NCBI GenBank assembly: GCA_944325785.1
Contig: CALVBN010000001.1
Location: 441,002-505,001 of the forward strand
Direction of reading: 5' to 3'
DNA length: 64,000 nt
From: Candidatus Gastranaerophilales bacterium
Lineage (GTDB): Bacteria; Cyanobacteriota; Vampirovibrionia; Gastranaerophilales; Gastranaerophilaceae
Shown here: positions 47,731 to 56,915 of the stretch, one piece after another
How the letters are laid out: every line of letters begins with the position of its first letter
Numbering within the stretch: position 1 is the stretch's first letter
Program-made: the position numbers and the translations under genes
Notes under the pieces: generated by a model
Databases searched by the model: none
The model's input: the letters and a program-made list of their open reading frames with translations, nothing else
Told to the model about the DNA's origin: nothing

Positions 47731-48375
47731 TTGAGTAAAGGCTACGAAAACTTTAATAATATGGAAACTTCCTTCAGAAAATCCACACTAATCCAAGAGC
47801 GCATAGGACTTGTTTCCAGCCATATGTACAAGCAGTTTTTAGATTATCAGCACGCTACTTTGAATACAACAGAAATTTTTGCCGAAATGATAGAAAACCT
47901 TAAAGCGATTGCCGATTCTTTGAAACAGTCTTTTTCTGCCCGTGGTGTTACTACAGAAAATATATATGTGGATTATGACAAGGACAAAACAGTTGTTATT
48001 ATTAATATTCTATGGCATACAATAAGCCTTACTACTCGCTGTAACTATGAACCGCAGGCATTGTTCAGAGAAAGCGCCCCTCCGATGTTTTCCGGAAGAA
48101 TTATGGCAATTAACGGCAATTATAATGAATTGATGGAGGGTATAAACTCAAGGAGCGATATGATGCAGGTTCTGCTTGATAAAGAAGTCGCATCCCTTTA
48201 TGTTCCTGCGGATAAAACGCAGAATTCTATCTTCAAAATCCGCCATCTTGTAAATCGAGAATTTTTCTTGAATTCTTCTGATGCTTCCAGAGAATTTGTG
48301 CTTAAGGTTGTCGAAACCATCTGCGGGGGCGGTCTATACCACGAAGAAGGCTCCAGAAAAAGTTTTAATATTTAA
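47731..48375 (+). CDS. Hypothetical protein
   Basis: 214-aa ORF, RBS AAGGAGG before the TTG start. Confidence 0.8.
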   Translation: MSKGYENFNNMETSFRKSTLIQERIGLVSSHMYKQFLDYQHATLNTTEIFAEMIENLKAIADSLKQSFSARGVTTENIYVDYDKDKTVVIINILWHTISLTTRCNYEPQALFRESAPPMFSGRIMAINGNYNELMEGINSRSDMMQVLLDKEVASLYVPADKTQNSIFKIRHLVNREFFLNSSDASREFVLKVVETICGGGLYHEEGSRKSFNI

Positions 48376-48549
48376 CTTTACATTTGTTTAAACTCCTTGA
48401 TTAGTTTCCTTGTTTGTGTTTATTTAGTATATGAACGGGCTGTATCCTCTTTTAACAAGTCAGTTCAAATAAGGATTAGCGGCTAAATCCTTAGCAGTGT
48501 GGAGTAATGAAATTGCTCCGGATATTGTAATTAAAAGAAGGAATTAGAA

Positions 48550-48951
48550 ATGTTAAAAATCAGATTAAAAAGAATGGGCGCAAAAAAGAACCCGTCATAC
48601 AGAGTTATAGTTATTAATTCAACTACAAAAAGAGAAGGCAGACCTATTGAAGAATTAGGCTACTACAATCCTAAGACAAAGGAAATGAAACTTAATAAAG
48701 AATCTGCACTTTCTTGGATTTCTAAAGGCGCTCAGCCGACTGATACGGTTAAATACTTGATATCTAACTGTAATGATGACGGCAGTCTAAACTATAAGAA
48801 AAAAGAAGTTGTTAAATTATCTAAAAAAGCTCAAGCTAAGAAGGCTGAAGAAGAAGCCAGAAAAGCAGAAGAAGCTGCAAAAGCGGCTGAAGAAGCAGCT
48901 CAAGCAGAATCTGCTCCGGCTGAAGAAGCTCCTGCTGAAGCTGAAGCATAG
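48550..48951 (+). CDS. rpsP: 30S ribosomal protein S16 with Ala/Glu/Lys-rich C-terminal extension
   Basis: [35 protein letters not shown]. Confidence 0.97.
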   Translation: MLKIRLKRMGAKKNPSYRVIVINSTTKREGRPIEELGYYNPKTKEMKLNKESALSWISKGAQPTDTVKYLISNCNDDGSLNYKKKEVVKLSKKAQAKKAEEEARKAEEAAKAAEEAAQAESAPAEEAPAEAEA

Positions 48952-48975
48952 AAAATATATTGCTGAAAATATAAG

Positions 48976-49006
48976 AAAAGAAGGGCTGGTTTTAGTCCTT
49001 CTTTTT
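48976..49006 (+). terminator. Terminator after rpsP
   Basis: AAAAGAAGGGCT...AGTCCTTCTTTT stem with T-tract. Confidence 0.75.
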
Positions 49007-49115
49007 TATAATAGAATTTATTGTAAAGTTTTGCAAAGATTTTATATAAAAAAGACAATTTTTTAGTTTTAAATGTTTTTATATACGTGTATCATTTTGT
49101 AGAAGGAAGGTAAGT

Positions 49116-49376
49116 ATGATTAATCCAATTAACTTTAGAGCAAGCGCAGGAAATGTAACTCTTGAAACTCCGAAACAGGAAGATGTTAAATCCGCACCTG
49201 TAACAGCACCGATTACGAACAGTGCTTCTTTTAAAGGTGCAGATGCAATCGCATCATATAATAAAGCAATGATGGGACTCGGTGAAGCGGAACCCGCTGC
49301 AGAAAAAGCTCCTGTTGCATTTAAAGGAGAAGAACAAGCTCCTGCTGAAACTGAAAAGAAAGAAGAAGTTAAGTAA
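49116..49376 (+). CDS. Small hypothetical protein with three F-[RK]-[AG] motifs
   Basis: NFRA, SFKG, AFKG; RBS GAAGGAAGG; followed by terminator. Confidence 0.8.
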   Translation: MINPINFRASAGNVTLETPKQEDVKSAPVTAPITNSASFKGADAIASYNKAMMGLGEAEPAAEKAPVAFKGEEQAPAETEKKEEVK

Positions 49377-49402
49377 CAAATCTTTAAAAATTGTATTTTT
49401 GC

Positions 49403-49440
49403 AAAAAAGTTCCGGCACTTCATTACTGCCGGAACCTTTT
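49403..49440. terminator. Bidirectional terminator
   Basis: AAAAAAGTTCCGGCA...TGCCGGAACCTTTT. Confidence 0.8.
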
Positions 49441-49456
49441 GTACAAAATAACATAG

Positions 49457-50875
49457 TTAAACTTTTTGCGCTTTTACAAATTTAACAGCATCTTCCCGCG
49501 TGGTAATATCGCCGTTAAGCTGTGCTTCGTGCAGATTTTTTATGATTTTGCCGAGCATCGGCGACTGATTGATGTTTAGAAGATTCATAATTTCATTACC
49601 GTCAAGAAGCTTGGGGAGGGGCTTCAGTGTATCTTTTTTTTCAAGATAAAAGCTCAAGAGTTTTTCAAGCCCGTTTAGGTTATTGTTTATCATCTCTTCT
49701 GTCACATCAACCCCTCTTGCAGAGAGTCTGTCAGCCTTTGCAAGTACAATATTATCAATGACGTTATCTTCCATTTTTCTTATGTACCGCATAAGGACTT
49801 TGTCGTTTAAATCAGGCGCGGATATTACGCTTGAGGGGTAAATATGGTTTTTAATCATGCATGAGATGTATTCTATTTGTTTCTTCGAGAATTTCAAATC
49901 TTTAAGAAACGGAATAACCATTTTGGAGCCGGCATCATCGTGCTTAATAAATCGGTGCCGTGCATTGCAGTCTGCGCATTCCGGTTTATTATAAAGGCAT
50001 TCGTACTTATCGCATTTTCCGTTTTCTAATGTCCAGGTCGAAAATTTCCCGATATCATGCAAAAAACCTGCAAGCTTCAAATGGTTTAATCTGGGGAAAC
50101 CTCCAAAATCAACAGAGTCAAGATGCGTCTTTACTGCATCATTTGAATTTTCATAAATTATTTCTATCTGCCTTACGGTTTCAACTGTGTGATGAAACAA
50201 ATCAAGATGATGGTGGGCGTTTGGCGGAACTTTTTTCATATCAATTATGCAGGGAAAGATTTTTTCCAAAAGTCCTGCTTCATCCATTTTTAATAGGGCT
50301 TCATCTGCATATTTACCGCCGAAAAGCTTCATAATCTCATAGTTTATTCTTTCTTTTGCAGGCTTAAGAGCAAGGGGCAGGTATTTTTTTAAAGAAGCTT
50401 CCAGCTCTTTTGTCATCTGAAAACCCGTGAGCGCATAAAACCTGTAAGCTCTTAAAATTCTGAGCGGATCATCTTCAAAATTTTCTTCTTTTATGTGGCG
50501 CAAAACGCCGTTTTTCAAATCCTCAAGCCCGCCGGTTACGTCAATAAGCTTATCATTCTTTAAATCATATGCGATTGCATTTATTGTAAAATCGCGTCTT
50601 TTGAGATCTTCTTCAATACTTTCGCCTTGGAGTTCGGATATATCAAGATAATTTATTTTATCCTTTAAAACTACGCGGTAAATTTTATTTTCGCTATCCA
50701 GTGTAATAAATACCGCATCCAGCCTTTCCGCCGTTTTTTTTGCAAAATCTTCCGCGTCTTTTATCGTTATATCCCTGTCAGCGACATTCTTCCCCATAAA
50801 AAAATCTCTGACTGAACCGCCGACAAGCCAGCCTTCATTAATATCTTTAAGAATAAAATCATCCTTGATATTCAT
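49457..50875 (-). CDS. tRNA nucleotidyltransferase/poly(A) polymerase family with HD domain; probably CC-adding type
   Basis: LVGGSVRD, DRD, EDLKRRDFTINA, EDDPLRILRAYRF, ERINYE, HDIGK; short segment before EDL suggests the flexible-loop deletion. Confidence 0.88.
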   Translation of the reverse strand: MNIKDDFILKDINEGWLVGGSVRDFFMGKNVADRDITIKDAEDFAKKTAERLDAVFITLDSENKIYRVVLKDKINYLDISELQGESIEEDLKRRDFTINAIAYDLKNDKLIDVTGGLEDLKNGVLRHIKEENFEDDPLRILRAYRFYALTGFQMTKELEASLKKYLPLALKPAKERINYEIMKLFGGKYADEALLKMDEAGLLEKIFPCIIDMKKVPPNAHHHLDLFHHTVETVRQIEIIYENSNDAVKTHLDSVDFGGFPRLNHLKLAGFLHDIGKFSTWTLENGKCDKYECLYNKPECADCNARHRFIKHDDAGSKMVIPFLKDLKFSKKQIEYISCMIKNHIYPSSVISAPDLNDKVLMRYIRKMEDNVIDNIVLAKADRLSARGVDVTEEMINNNLNGLEKLLSFYLEKKDTLKPLPKLLDGNEIMNLLNINQSPMLGKIIKNLHEAQLNGDITTREDAVKFVKAQKV

Positions 50876-51617
50876 AAATTATATCTCCTAAAGCGGTAAT
50901 AACAGCGGTATCTGCTTTTAGAATCAAATCGCCGAGGCTTATCAAGGGTAAATTTTTTTCCCTGAAATAATCAAATTCTCTCGGGGAAAATCCGCCTTCC
51001 GGTCCGATTATAACCAGAACTTTTTCAGCTTTTTTGATAGGATTTTCTTTTAGGTATTGCTTTAAACTCTTTTCAGTAGAGCGTTCTGCAAAAACTATAA
51101 TCTTATCGAAATCATTTTTAAGAACTTCGTCAAAAGTCTGCGGTTCGTAACATTCCGGAATTTTAGCTCTTTCGCACTGCTTAGAAGCTTCATACATAAC
51201 CTTCTGCCACTTTTCCCGTTTGTTAACTTTCAACGCGCAATTGTCAGTGAATACCGGAAAAACAGCCCTAACGCCAAGCTCTGTAGCTTTTTCCATTATG
51301 GTAAGCTGTGAATCGCTCCTCAAAGGACTCTGTGCCAAAAACAAATCAAAATCCAAATCCCTTTTAGACGGATAGGATTTTTCTATCCTGCATACAATTT
51401 CTTTTGAATTAATCTCAACAATAACTGTTTCATACTGAATCTGCTTATCATCAATAAGCAGAAGTTTTTCTCCCGTCCTTGCCCTCAAAGAGCGCGCAAT
51501 GTGGCGGTAATTCTCAGTATCTTTTATTGTAATCAGAGGCGGAGCTATTGTGTTAGGGGTATCATCTCCATTTACCCCTTTATTTACCCCTGCCCCTCCT
51601 ATAAAGAAGTGCGGCAT
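50859..51617 (-). CDS. rsmE: 16S rRNA (uracil(1498)-N3)-methyltransferase with N-terminal repeat insertion
   Basis: MEKATELGV, EASKQCER, IGPEGGFS, LGDLILKADTA. Confidence 0.95.
   Translation of the reverse strand: MPHFFIGGAGVNKGVNGDDTPNTIAPPLITIKDTENYRHIARSLRARTGEKLLLIDDKQIQYETVIVEINSKEIVCRIEKSYPSKRDLDFDLFLAQSPLRSDSQLTIMEKATELGVRAVFPVFTDNCALKVNKREKWQKVMYEASKQCERAKIPECYEPQTFDEVLKNDFDKIIVFAERSTEKSLKQYLKENPIKKAEKVLVIIGPEGGFSPREFDYFREKNLPLISLGDLILKADTAVITALGDIIYEYQG
51570..51597 (-). repeat. GGGGTAAAT-family 12-bp array inside rsmE
   Basis: Minus strand ggggcaggggtaaataaaggggtaaat, encoding GAGVNKGVN. Confidence 0.8.
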
Positions 51618-52927
51618 GATGTTTCCTTATAATCTGTTTTGAATTTCTTAATAAGCGTCGTAAGCATTATTGTACATAAAATTATAGCAGATACTCCTAA
51701 ACTATACCAGAAGCCAAGGAGATTCAGTTTATAATGCAGGGCAAGAACGCACCCCAGAGGTATTGATACAAACCAGTACGCAATAAGGTTTGATATCATT
51801 ACAATGCTTGTCTGTTTTATACCTTTAAAAATTCCGGCGAGCGAAACCTGCAGTCCGTCAAAAATCTGGAAGAAACATAATACATAAGCTACCGGAATAC
51901 AAACTTTTATTAATTCCGCATCGTTTGTAAATAACCTTACAAGAAATTCCGGAATAAGCCCTACGACTATAGCAGAGCAGGTCATAAATGCGACACAAAG
52001 AGCAATACCCGTATAAGCATATGTTTTAAGAGATTTGTAATACCTTGCGCCGTTTGCAAATCCGACCTTTACGGCTGTCGCATTAGAAATTGCAAGCGGA
52101 ACCATAAAAGATACGCTTGTTAATGTGCAGACAATGTTTTGCGCAGCGGCGTAAATTCCTCCTACACGCCCCATTATAACAGTTATTGCATTAAACCCGA
52201 TAAATTCTATCATAACTGCAAGCGAAGCCGGAGTGCCGACTTTTATTAAATCTTTGTAATAATTTTTATCTTTATGATGCTTGATGTTTACTTTCTTAAA
52301 ACAATAGAAAAATAAAACTCCACCCATCAAATATCTGGTAATCAAACTTGCAATAGCTAAACCGCCTGCACTCATCTCCGGAATTGAGCCGAAACCGAAG
52401 CAGAAAATAATATTCAAAAACAGGTTCACAAAAATACAAATAACTGTAAGGATATTAGGAAACACAACAATTTCAAAAGCCTGCAAAAATTCTTTTGTAG
52501 ATGTATGCAAATATGCACCGAATGTAGAAAAAGCCGTAATCCAAAAATAATCCTTAATCATAGGAACAAGTTTTGACTCAAAGCCCAGTTTATCAATAAA
52601 CGGTATGCAGGCAATAATCAAAATAGAAATTAAAACCGACAAAATCGCCGCAAACTTCAATGAGGGATAAAAATATTTTTCTGCCTCTTTTCCGGCACCT
52701 CTATAATTAGAAAGTATTGCAGAAATACTTCCTAAAATACCGTTTCCAAATATCATAATACAGTTAATTATTGCAGTAGCAAGGCTTACGGCTGCAAGCG
52801 TATCAGTCGAATGCCTGCCGGCTACAATAACATCTCCGACGCCAATCAAAATAAATCCCAGATTGCCTAAAATTATGGGACCCGCAATATTGGTAATATC
52901 TTTAATATAAAAACTTCTGACTAGCAT
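51599..52927 (-). CDS. MATE-family efflux transporter (NorM-like)
   Basis: DVIVAGRHS, GGLAIAS, FQIFDGLQV, about 12 hydrophobic segments. Confidence 0.93.
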   Translation of the reverse strand: MLVRSFYIKDITNIAGPIILGNLGFILIGVGDVIVAGRHSTDTLAAVSLATAIINCIMIFGNGILGSISAILSNYRGAGKEAEKYFYPSLKFAAILSVLISILIIACIPFIDKLGFESKLVPMIKDYFWITAFSTFGAYLHTSTKEFLQAFEIVVFPNILTVICIFVNLFLNIIFCFGFGSIPEMSAGGLAIASLITRYLMGGVLFFYCFKKVNIKHHKDKNYYKDLIKVGTPASLAVMIEFIGFNAITVIMGRVGGIYAAAQNIVCTLTSVSFMVPLAISNATAVKVGFANGARYYKSLKTYAYTGIALCVAFMTCSAIVVGLIPEFLVRLFTNDAELIKVCIPVAYVLCFFQIFDGLQVSLAGIFKGIKQTSIVMISNLIAYWFVSIPLGCVLALHYKLNLLGFWYSLGVSAIILCTIMLTTLIKKFKTDYKETSCRTSL

Positions 52928-53167
52928 AAAAACATTCTACAATAAGGGGGAAATGTAGTAAATAACTATTGTTTTCTTGCAATGGTCTAGTTCTGCTCTA
53001 ACTGCTGGAACATTTTATATAAGAGAAGCTCTATTTCCTCAAGATTATTTCTTAAATCTTCTTGGTTCCTTAAGTTTTAATAATTCTGTCAAGACGTCGT
53101 TTTGATGTCAATATGAAATCTTGATAATTTCGAAGGGAATTTATAAAATAAAAAAAGGAAGAATTTT

Positions 53168-53314
53168 ATGAGTGAACAAAAAAAGGGTGAAAAAGTATTT
53201 ACTTTGAGAATTAAGCAGGAGCTTTTCAATCTCGTAAAAAAAGATGCTGAGCTTAATAAACGCTCGATTACTAAACATATCGAATATTTATTGGAAAAAA
53301 GCTTGAAACCATAG
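53168..53314 (+). CDS. Arc-like ribbon-helix-helix DNA-binding protein (48 aa, absent from ORF track)
   Basis: Hand translation MSEQKKGEKVFTLRIKQELFNLVKKDAELNKRSITKHIEFLLEKSLKP; FTLRI strand and xRS motif; AAGGAAG upstream. Confidence 0.75.
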   Translation: MSEQKKGEKVFTLRIKQELFNLVKKDAELNKRSITKHIEYLLEKSLKP

Positions 53315-53426
53315 GTAAGCTATAGATATTCCTGCTCATAAAATCTAATTAACTAAATACGAGGAAACTACGGTGGAAATCCGTGACTGTACCGCAACCG
53401 TTAAAGCCGGGATACTCAAGCTTTCA

Positions 53427-53462
53427 TTCCCTCCCTTTATAGGGGGAGGGCTAGGGTGGGGG
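53427..53462. repeat. GC-rich REP-like palindrome
   Basis: ccctccct-ttat-agggggaggg followed by ctagggtgggg. Confidence 0.65.
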
Positions 53463-53548
53463 CTGGTTATAAGCAAGACTGCGAGTTACGGTATTGCTTA
53501 AGACTTTCTTCTGATGCGGTACAAATACAGCAAAGGAAGGTTTTTTTA

Positions 53549-54244
53549 TTGGCTGGTACAGCACCAAATGTTAATAGTGTAAAAAGCGGGCTTTGTCCTC
53601 ACGGAATGTCCCCCGGCGCCTGTCCTATCTGTTCCGGCATGGGAGGAGGAGGCGGAGGAAGAAGAACAGGAGAACGTCCGCAAAAAGCCGGTGAATGGAG
53701 TTATCATCATTGTGCAATGGTCGGCGCAATGATGAAAGCACACGCTCAGAGAATAGAAAACCACGAAAGAAGTTTACAGCTCCATACAGAAGCCGTTTTA
53801 AAATTTGAACAAAACCTTGAGAAAATGGCTCAAAAAATGGCTGAATTTGCAAATAAACTCTCAAATAACTTTATTTTAAAGCCTGTTGCATATATAATAT
53901 CAAATATCACAGTTCCGATTCTAAACGGATTAAAAACTCTGATAAGTAATATCCCTAATATTGCAGAAAAACTATCGCAGATAAAACAAAAGCTTGTTGA
54001 TATTCAAGACAAATTAAACGCTTTGTTCGGCGAAGCCAAGGCTTTTGTTGAAAAAAAAGTTTCAGAATTGATAAATTCCGTAAAATCAAGCTTTGAAGGA
54101 TTATTTAAGATTTTTAAGAAAGATAATGCAAGGGATGATGATACAAAAGTCGACGATGATAAAAAAATTTTTAATTTAAAGAAATTTATTCAAAAGATTA
54201 GGGAAAAGAAAAGGGATGATTCCGAAGATAAATCAAGATCTTGA
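53549..54244 (+). CDS. Hypothetical protein with N-terminal CPHG-x4-CPIC motif and coiled coil
   Basis: TTG 53549 after AAGGAAGG; CPHGMSPGACPIC, poly-Gly linker, helical body (ORF track begins at 53456). Confidence 0.75.
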   Translation: MAGTAPNVNSVKSGLCPHGMSPGACPICSGMGGGGGGRRTGERPQKAGEWSYHHCAMVGAMMKAHAQRIENHERSLQLHTEAVLKFEQNLEKMAQKMAEFANKLSNNFILKPVAYIISNITVPILNGLKTLISNIPNIAEKLSQIKQKLVDIQDKLNALFGEAKAFVEKKVSELINSVKSSFEGLFKIFKKDNARDDDTKVDDDKKIFNLKKFIQKIREKKRDDSEDKSRS

Positions 54245-55688
54245 GTCTTCAAGACATCAAAAAAATATGACAAATACGCAAAAGCGCAATGATACTTATG
54301 TAAAAGAAGGTGTTATTGTAAATTCGTATATCAAGGATCCTCTGCTCTCTCTTGATGAGACCTGCGATACGCTTGTTATTTCAAATACAAAAATAGATTT
54401 GCCGTCCAAGGTTTTCGAAAAAGAGGAAAAAAATACAAATCCTCTAATTCCGCTTTGTATTGCAACAGTAGGCGTAATGGGCTTGCTCGGGGGATTCACG
54501 GCAATGATGAAAAAGTTTTCAAAAGGCAGGCTTGAAAGCACAAAAGAATATCTTCTCCCAGGAATAACCAGAAACCACTGTATAAATAACGAAATTCACC
54601 AGAGTATTTTCAGTATGATACAATCCCCTAGCAGAAAAACAATTCTTGCCTCATTAGGAGTTATAACGCTCGGTTCAATGGCGTTTATGGGAAAGATTTT
54701 TATTGACGGCTTTAGGGATGTTTGGGTCAAAAAACAGGAAGCTGATATTCAAAAAAACTTGCAGGAAAATCTTATTGCCGTAGAAACCCAGTCATTTTCA
54801 GGAAAAATCCAAATTATACGAAGCATGCTCTCTTCTAAAGCCCGAATGTTTTCTCAAGAGCTTGCTTTTAAGGGAAAAGAGCAAAAACCAGATAAAAAAC
54901 ATTACGATTTGATGCTTTTAACAGGCGGGGCAACTCTTCTTTCAATACTGGCGCTCGGTTATTATTCCGCAAGAAACATCAGAAAAAGCGACGAATTTAT
55001 AACTAAAGGCATAAAAAACACTAAAAAAGGGCTGGATAATATTATAGATGAGTTTAACCAAGGGAAGCCTATCGGTAGTATTGAGGGGCATAACGGAGAA
55101 ATTCTTTCCGGAAAAGAAGCCTATAAATACCTTATAGAAAATCTTCTGGAATCAATCTATGCAAGACCGGAAGAGGTTGAGAAAACCGTAAACAAATTAA
55201 ATATGCCAGAGGGTGAAAAACGGGAATTTATAAACTACCTGAAAGATGCAATGAATCAGGCAACGGAAAAAGTTAATCCGATGATGGGAGGTTCCGGCAG
55301 AAATAAAATAACATATTTTTCTCATGTAAATGATTATTTATCCTTCTTTTACGATTGGCTGATGAACCCGAAAAATCCGCAGTTCAAAAATTTGTTTTTA
55401 GGAATAGCAGGAGTATCCGCGCTGGCATATGGCGGAAAGACTGCAGCAGAGGCGGTTAAAGATGTACAGGTAAAGAAATATAATGCGGAAATCGAACTAA
55501 ATCTGCAGAAACGTCTGGTTTCAACAGAGCTAAGGAATTTTAAAGCAAAAAAAGAATCTGCAATAGAGCCGTTGTGCGAAGAGTTTATGAAGCAGAAAGC
55601 AGAAGGCAAATCTCAAAAAGAATTAAAAATAATGGCAGATAATATTCTATTTGAGATAAAGAATGGTCCGCCATTTGTTTACTCATAG
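54216..55688 (+). CDS. Hypothetical multi-helix membrane-associated protein with internal duplication
   Basis: Four hydrophobic segments; DVWVKKQEADIQKNLQENL is similar to DVQVKKYNAEIELNLQKRL. Confidence 0.8.
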   Translation: MIPKINQDLESSRHQKNMTNTQKRNDTYVKEGVIVNSYIKDPLLSLDETCDTLVISNTKIDLPSKVFEKEEKNTNPLIPLCIATVGVMGLLGGFTAMMKKFSKGRLESTKEYLLPGITRNHCINNEIHQSIFSMIQSPSRKTILASLGVITLGSMAFMGKIFIDGFRDVWVKKQEADIQKNLQENLIAVETQSFSGKIQIIRSMLSSKARMFSQELAFKGKEQKPDKKHYDLMLLTGGATLLSILALGYYSARNIRKSDEFITKGIKNTKKGLDNIIDEFNQGKPIGSIEGHNGEILSGKEAYKYLIENLLESIYARPEEVEKTVNKLNMPEGEKREFINYLKDAMNQATEKVNPMMGGSGRNKITYFSHVNDYLSFFYDWLMNPKNPQFKNLFLGIAGVSALAYGGKTAAEAVKDVQVKKYNAEIELNLQKRLVSTELRNFKAKKESAIEPLCEEFMKQKAEGKSQKELKIMADNILFEIKNGPPFVYS

Positions 55689-55782
55689 GGGTAAATGAGG
55701 GGGTAAATGCATGGGTAAATGCATAGGTAAATGAATGTGCAAATGAATGTATAAATGAATGGGTAAATATATTAGGGTAAAT
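55688..55782 (+). repeat. GGGGTAAAT-family 12-bp array starting at a stop codon
   Basis: GTAAAT-like cores at 55691, 55703, 55715, 55727, 55739, 55751, 55763, 55777. Confidence 0.9.
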
Positions 55783-55870
55783 GTATCCTGATTGGGGATT
55801 GCACATCCAAGTTTGTCTTCAAGTGTAAATGTATTTATTTTGCCAATTTAGGAATTACACATTCCGGCTA

Positions 55871-55951
55871 GGCGTCATGCAGATACTCACAATAGCCGAA
55901 GAATTTCTAAATTTTCGCTTCACCCCTCACACCTCACGCTTCACAAAATAT
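55871..55951. repeat. Dispersed composite repeat, copy 2
   Basis: Colinear with 6201-6282. Confidence 0.8.
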
Positions 55952-56159
55952 ACCCCAAAACAAAAAGCCGCAATCTGTTGCGGCATTAACTCTCGTTAGA
56001 TAAAGGAGTGGAGGAGAAAATAAAGAAAAGAGATTATACTTTATATATTCCACAGTATATAAATTTATAACACAAAGTATATAAATTGTTACAAAACTTC
56101 ATATTTTAACTTTTATTTGTTTGTAGTATAATCTATTTGCTCATAGAGGAGGATTGCGA

Positions 56160-56915
56160 ATGGTTAATGTAGCAGTATGCGGAGCAAACGGAAAAATGGG
56201 GCAGGAAGTTATTAAGGCTGTTAACGGCGCAGATGACATGACCCTCGTCGCAAAAATTGATATTAAAGACGGAGAATTTGCAACCATAAAGGATGCGAAA
56301 AATTCTGTTAAAATTGATGTTTTGATAGATTTTACCCAGCCTAAATCAATATATGAAAATGCTTTATACTGCTTGAATAACGATATTAATATTGTAATCG
56401 GAACGACAGGACTTAATGATGAGCAGATAGAAGAACTAAAGAAGCTTGCAGAGGAGAAAAAGCTCGGGTGCTTGATTGCTCCTAACTTTTCAACCGGTGC
56501 GGTTTTGATGATGATGTTTGCAAAAATGGCATCTAAATATTTTAAAAATGCGGAAATTCTTGAACTTCACCACAATCAGAAAAAGGATGCTCCTTCCGGT
56601 ACATCAATAAAAACGGCTTTAATGATGGCTGAAAATAATCCGGATTTTACGTATGGTAATTGTCCGGAAACTGAAACGATACAAGGTGCCAGAGGTGCAG
56701 AATCTTATAATAATATTCATATACATTCAGTAAGAATGCCAGGTTATATTGCCTCACAAGAGGTCATGTTCGGCGCAAACGGACAAATTTTAACAATAAG
56801 GCATGACTCAATGAACAGAGAATGCTATATGGACGGCGTATTAAGAGCTGTAAGATATGTATACGATAATCATAAATTTATATACGGTTTAGAAAATATA
56901 CTGCAGGGAGATTAA
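56160..56915 (+). CDS. dapB: 4-hydroxy-tetrahydrodipicolinate reductase
   Basis: GANGKMG, IDFT, VIGTTG, APNFS, ELHHNQKKDAPSGT; RBS GAGGAGG. Confidence 0.97.
   Translation: MVNVAVCGANGKMGQEVIKAVNGADDMTLVAKIDIKDGEFATIKDAKNSVKIDVLIDFTQPKSIYENALYCLNNDINIVIGTTGLNDEQIEELKKLAEEKKLGCLIAPNFSTGAVLMMMFAKMASKYFKNAEILELHHNQKKDAPSGTSIKTALMMAENNPDFTYGNCPETETIQGARGAESYNNIHIHSVRMPGYIASQEVMFGANGQILTIRHDSMNRECYMDGVLRAVRYVYDNHKFIYGLENILQGD

Noticed and set aside
55688-55782. CRISPR array for this and the other tandem arrays
   Set aside because: Periods are 7-15 bp with no unique spacers, and there are no cas genes.
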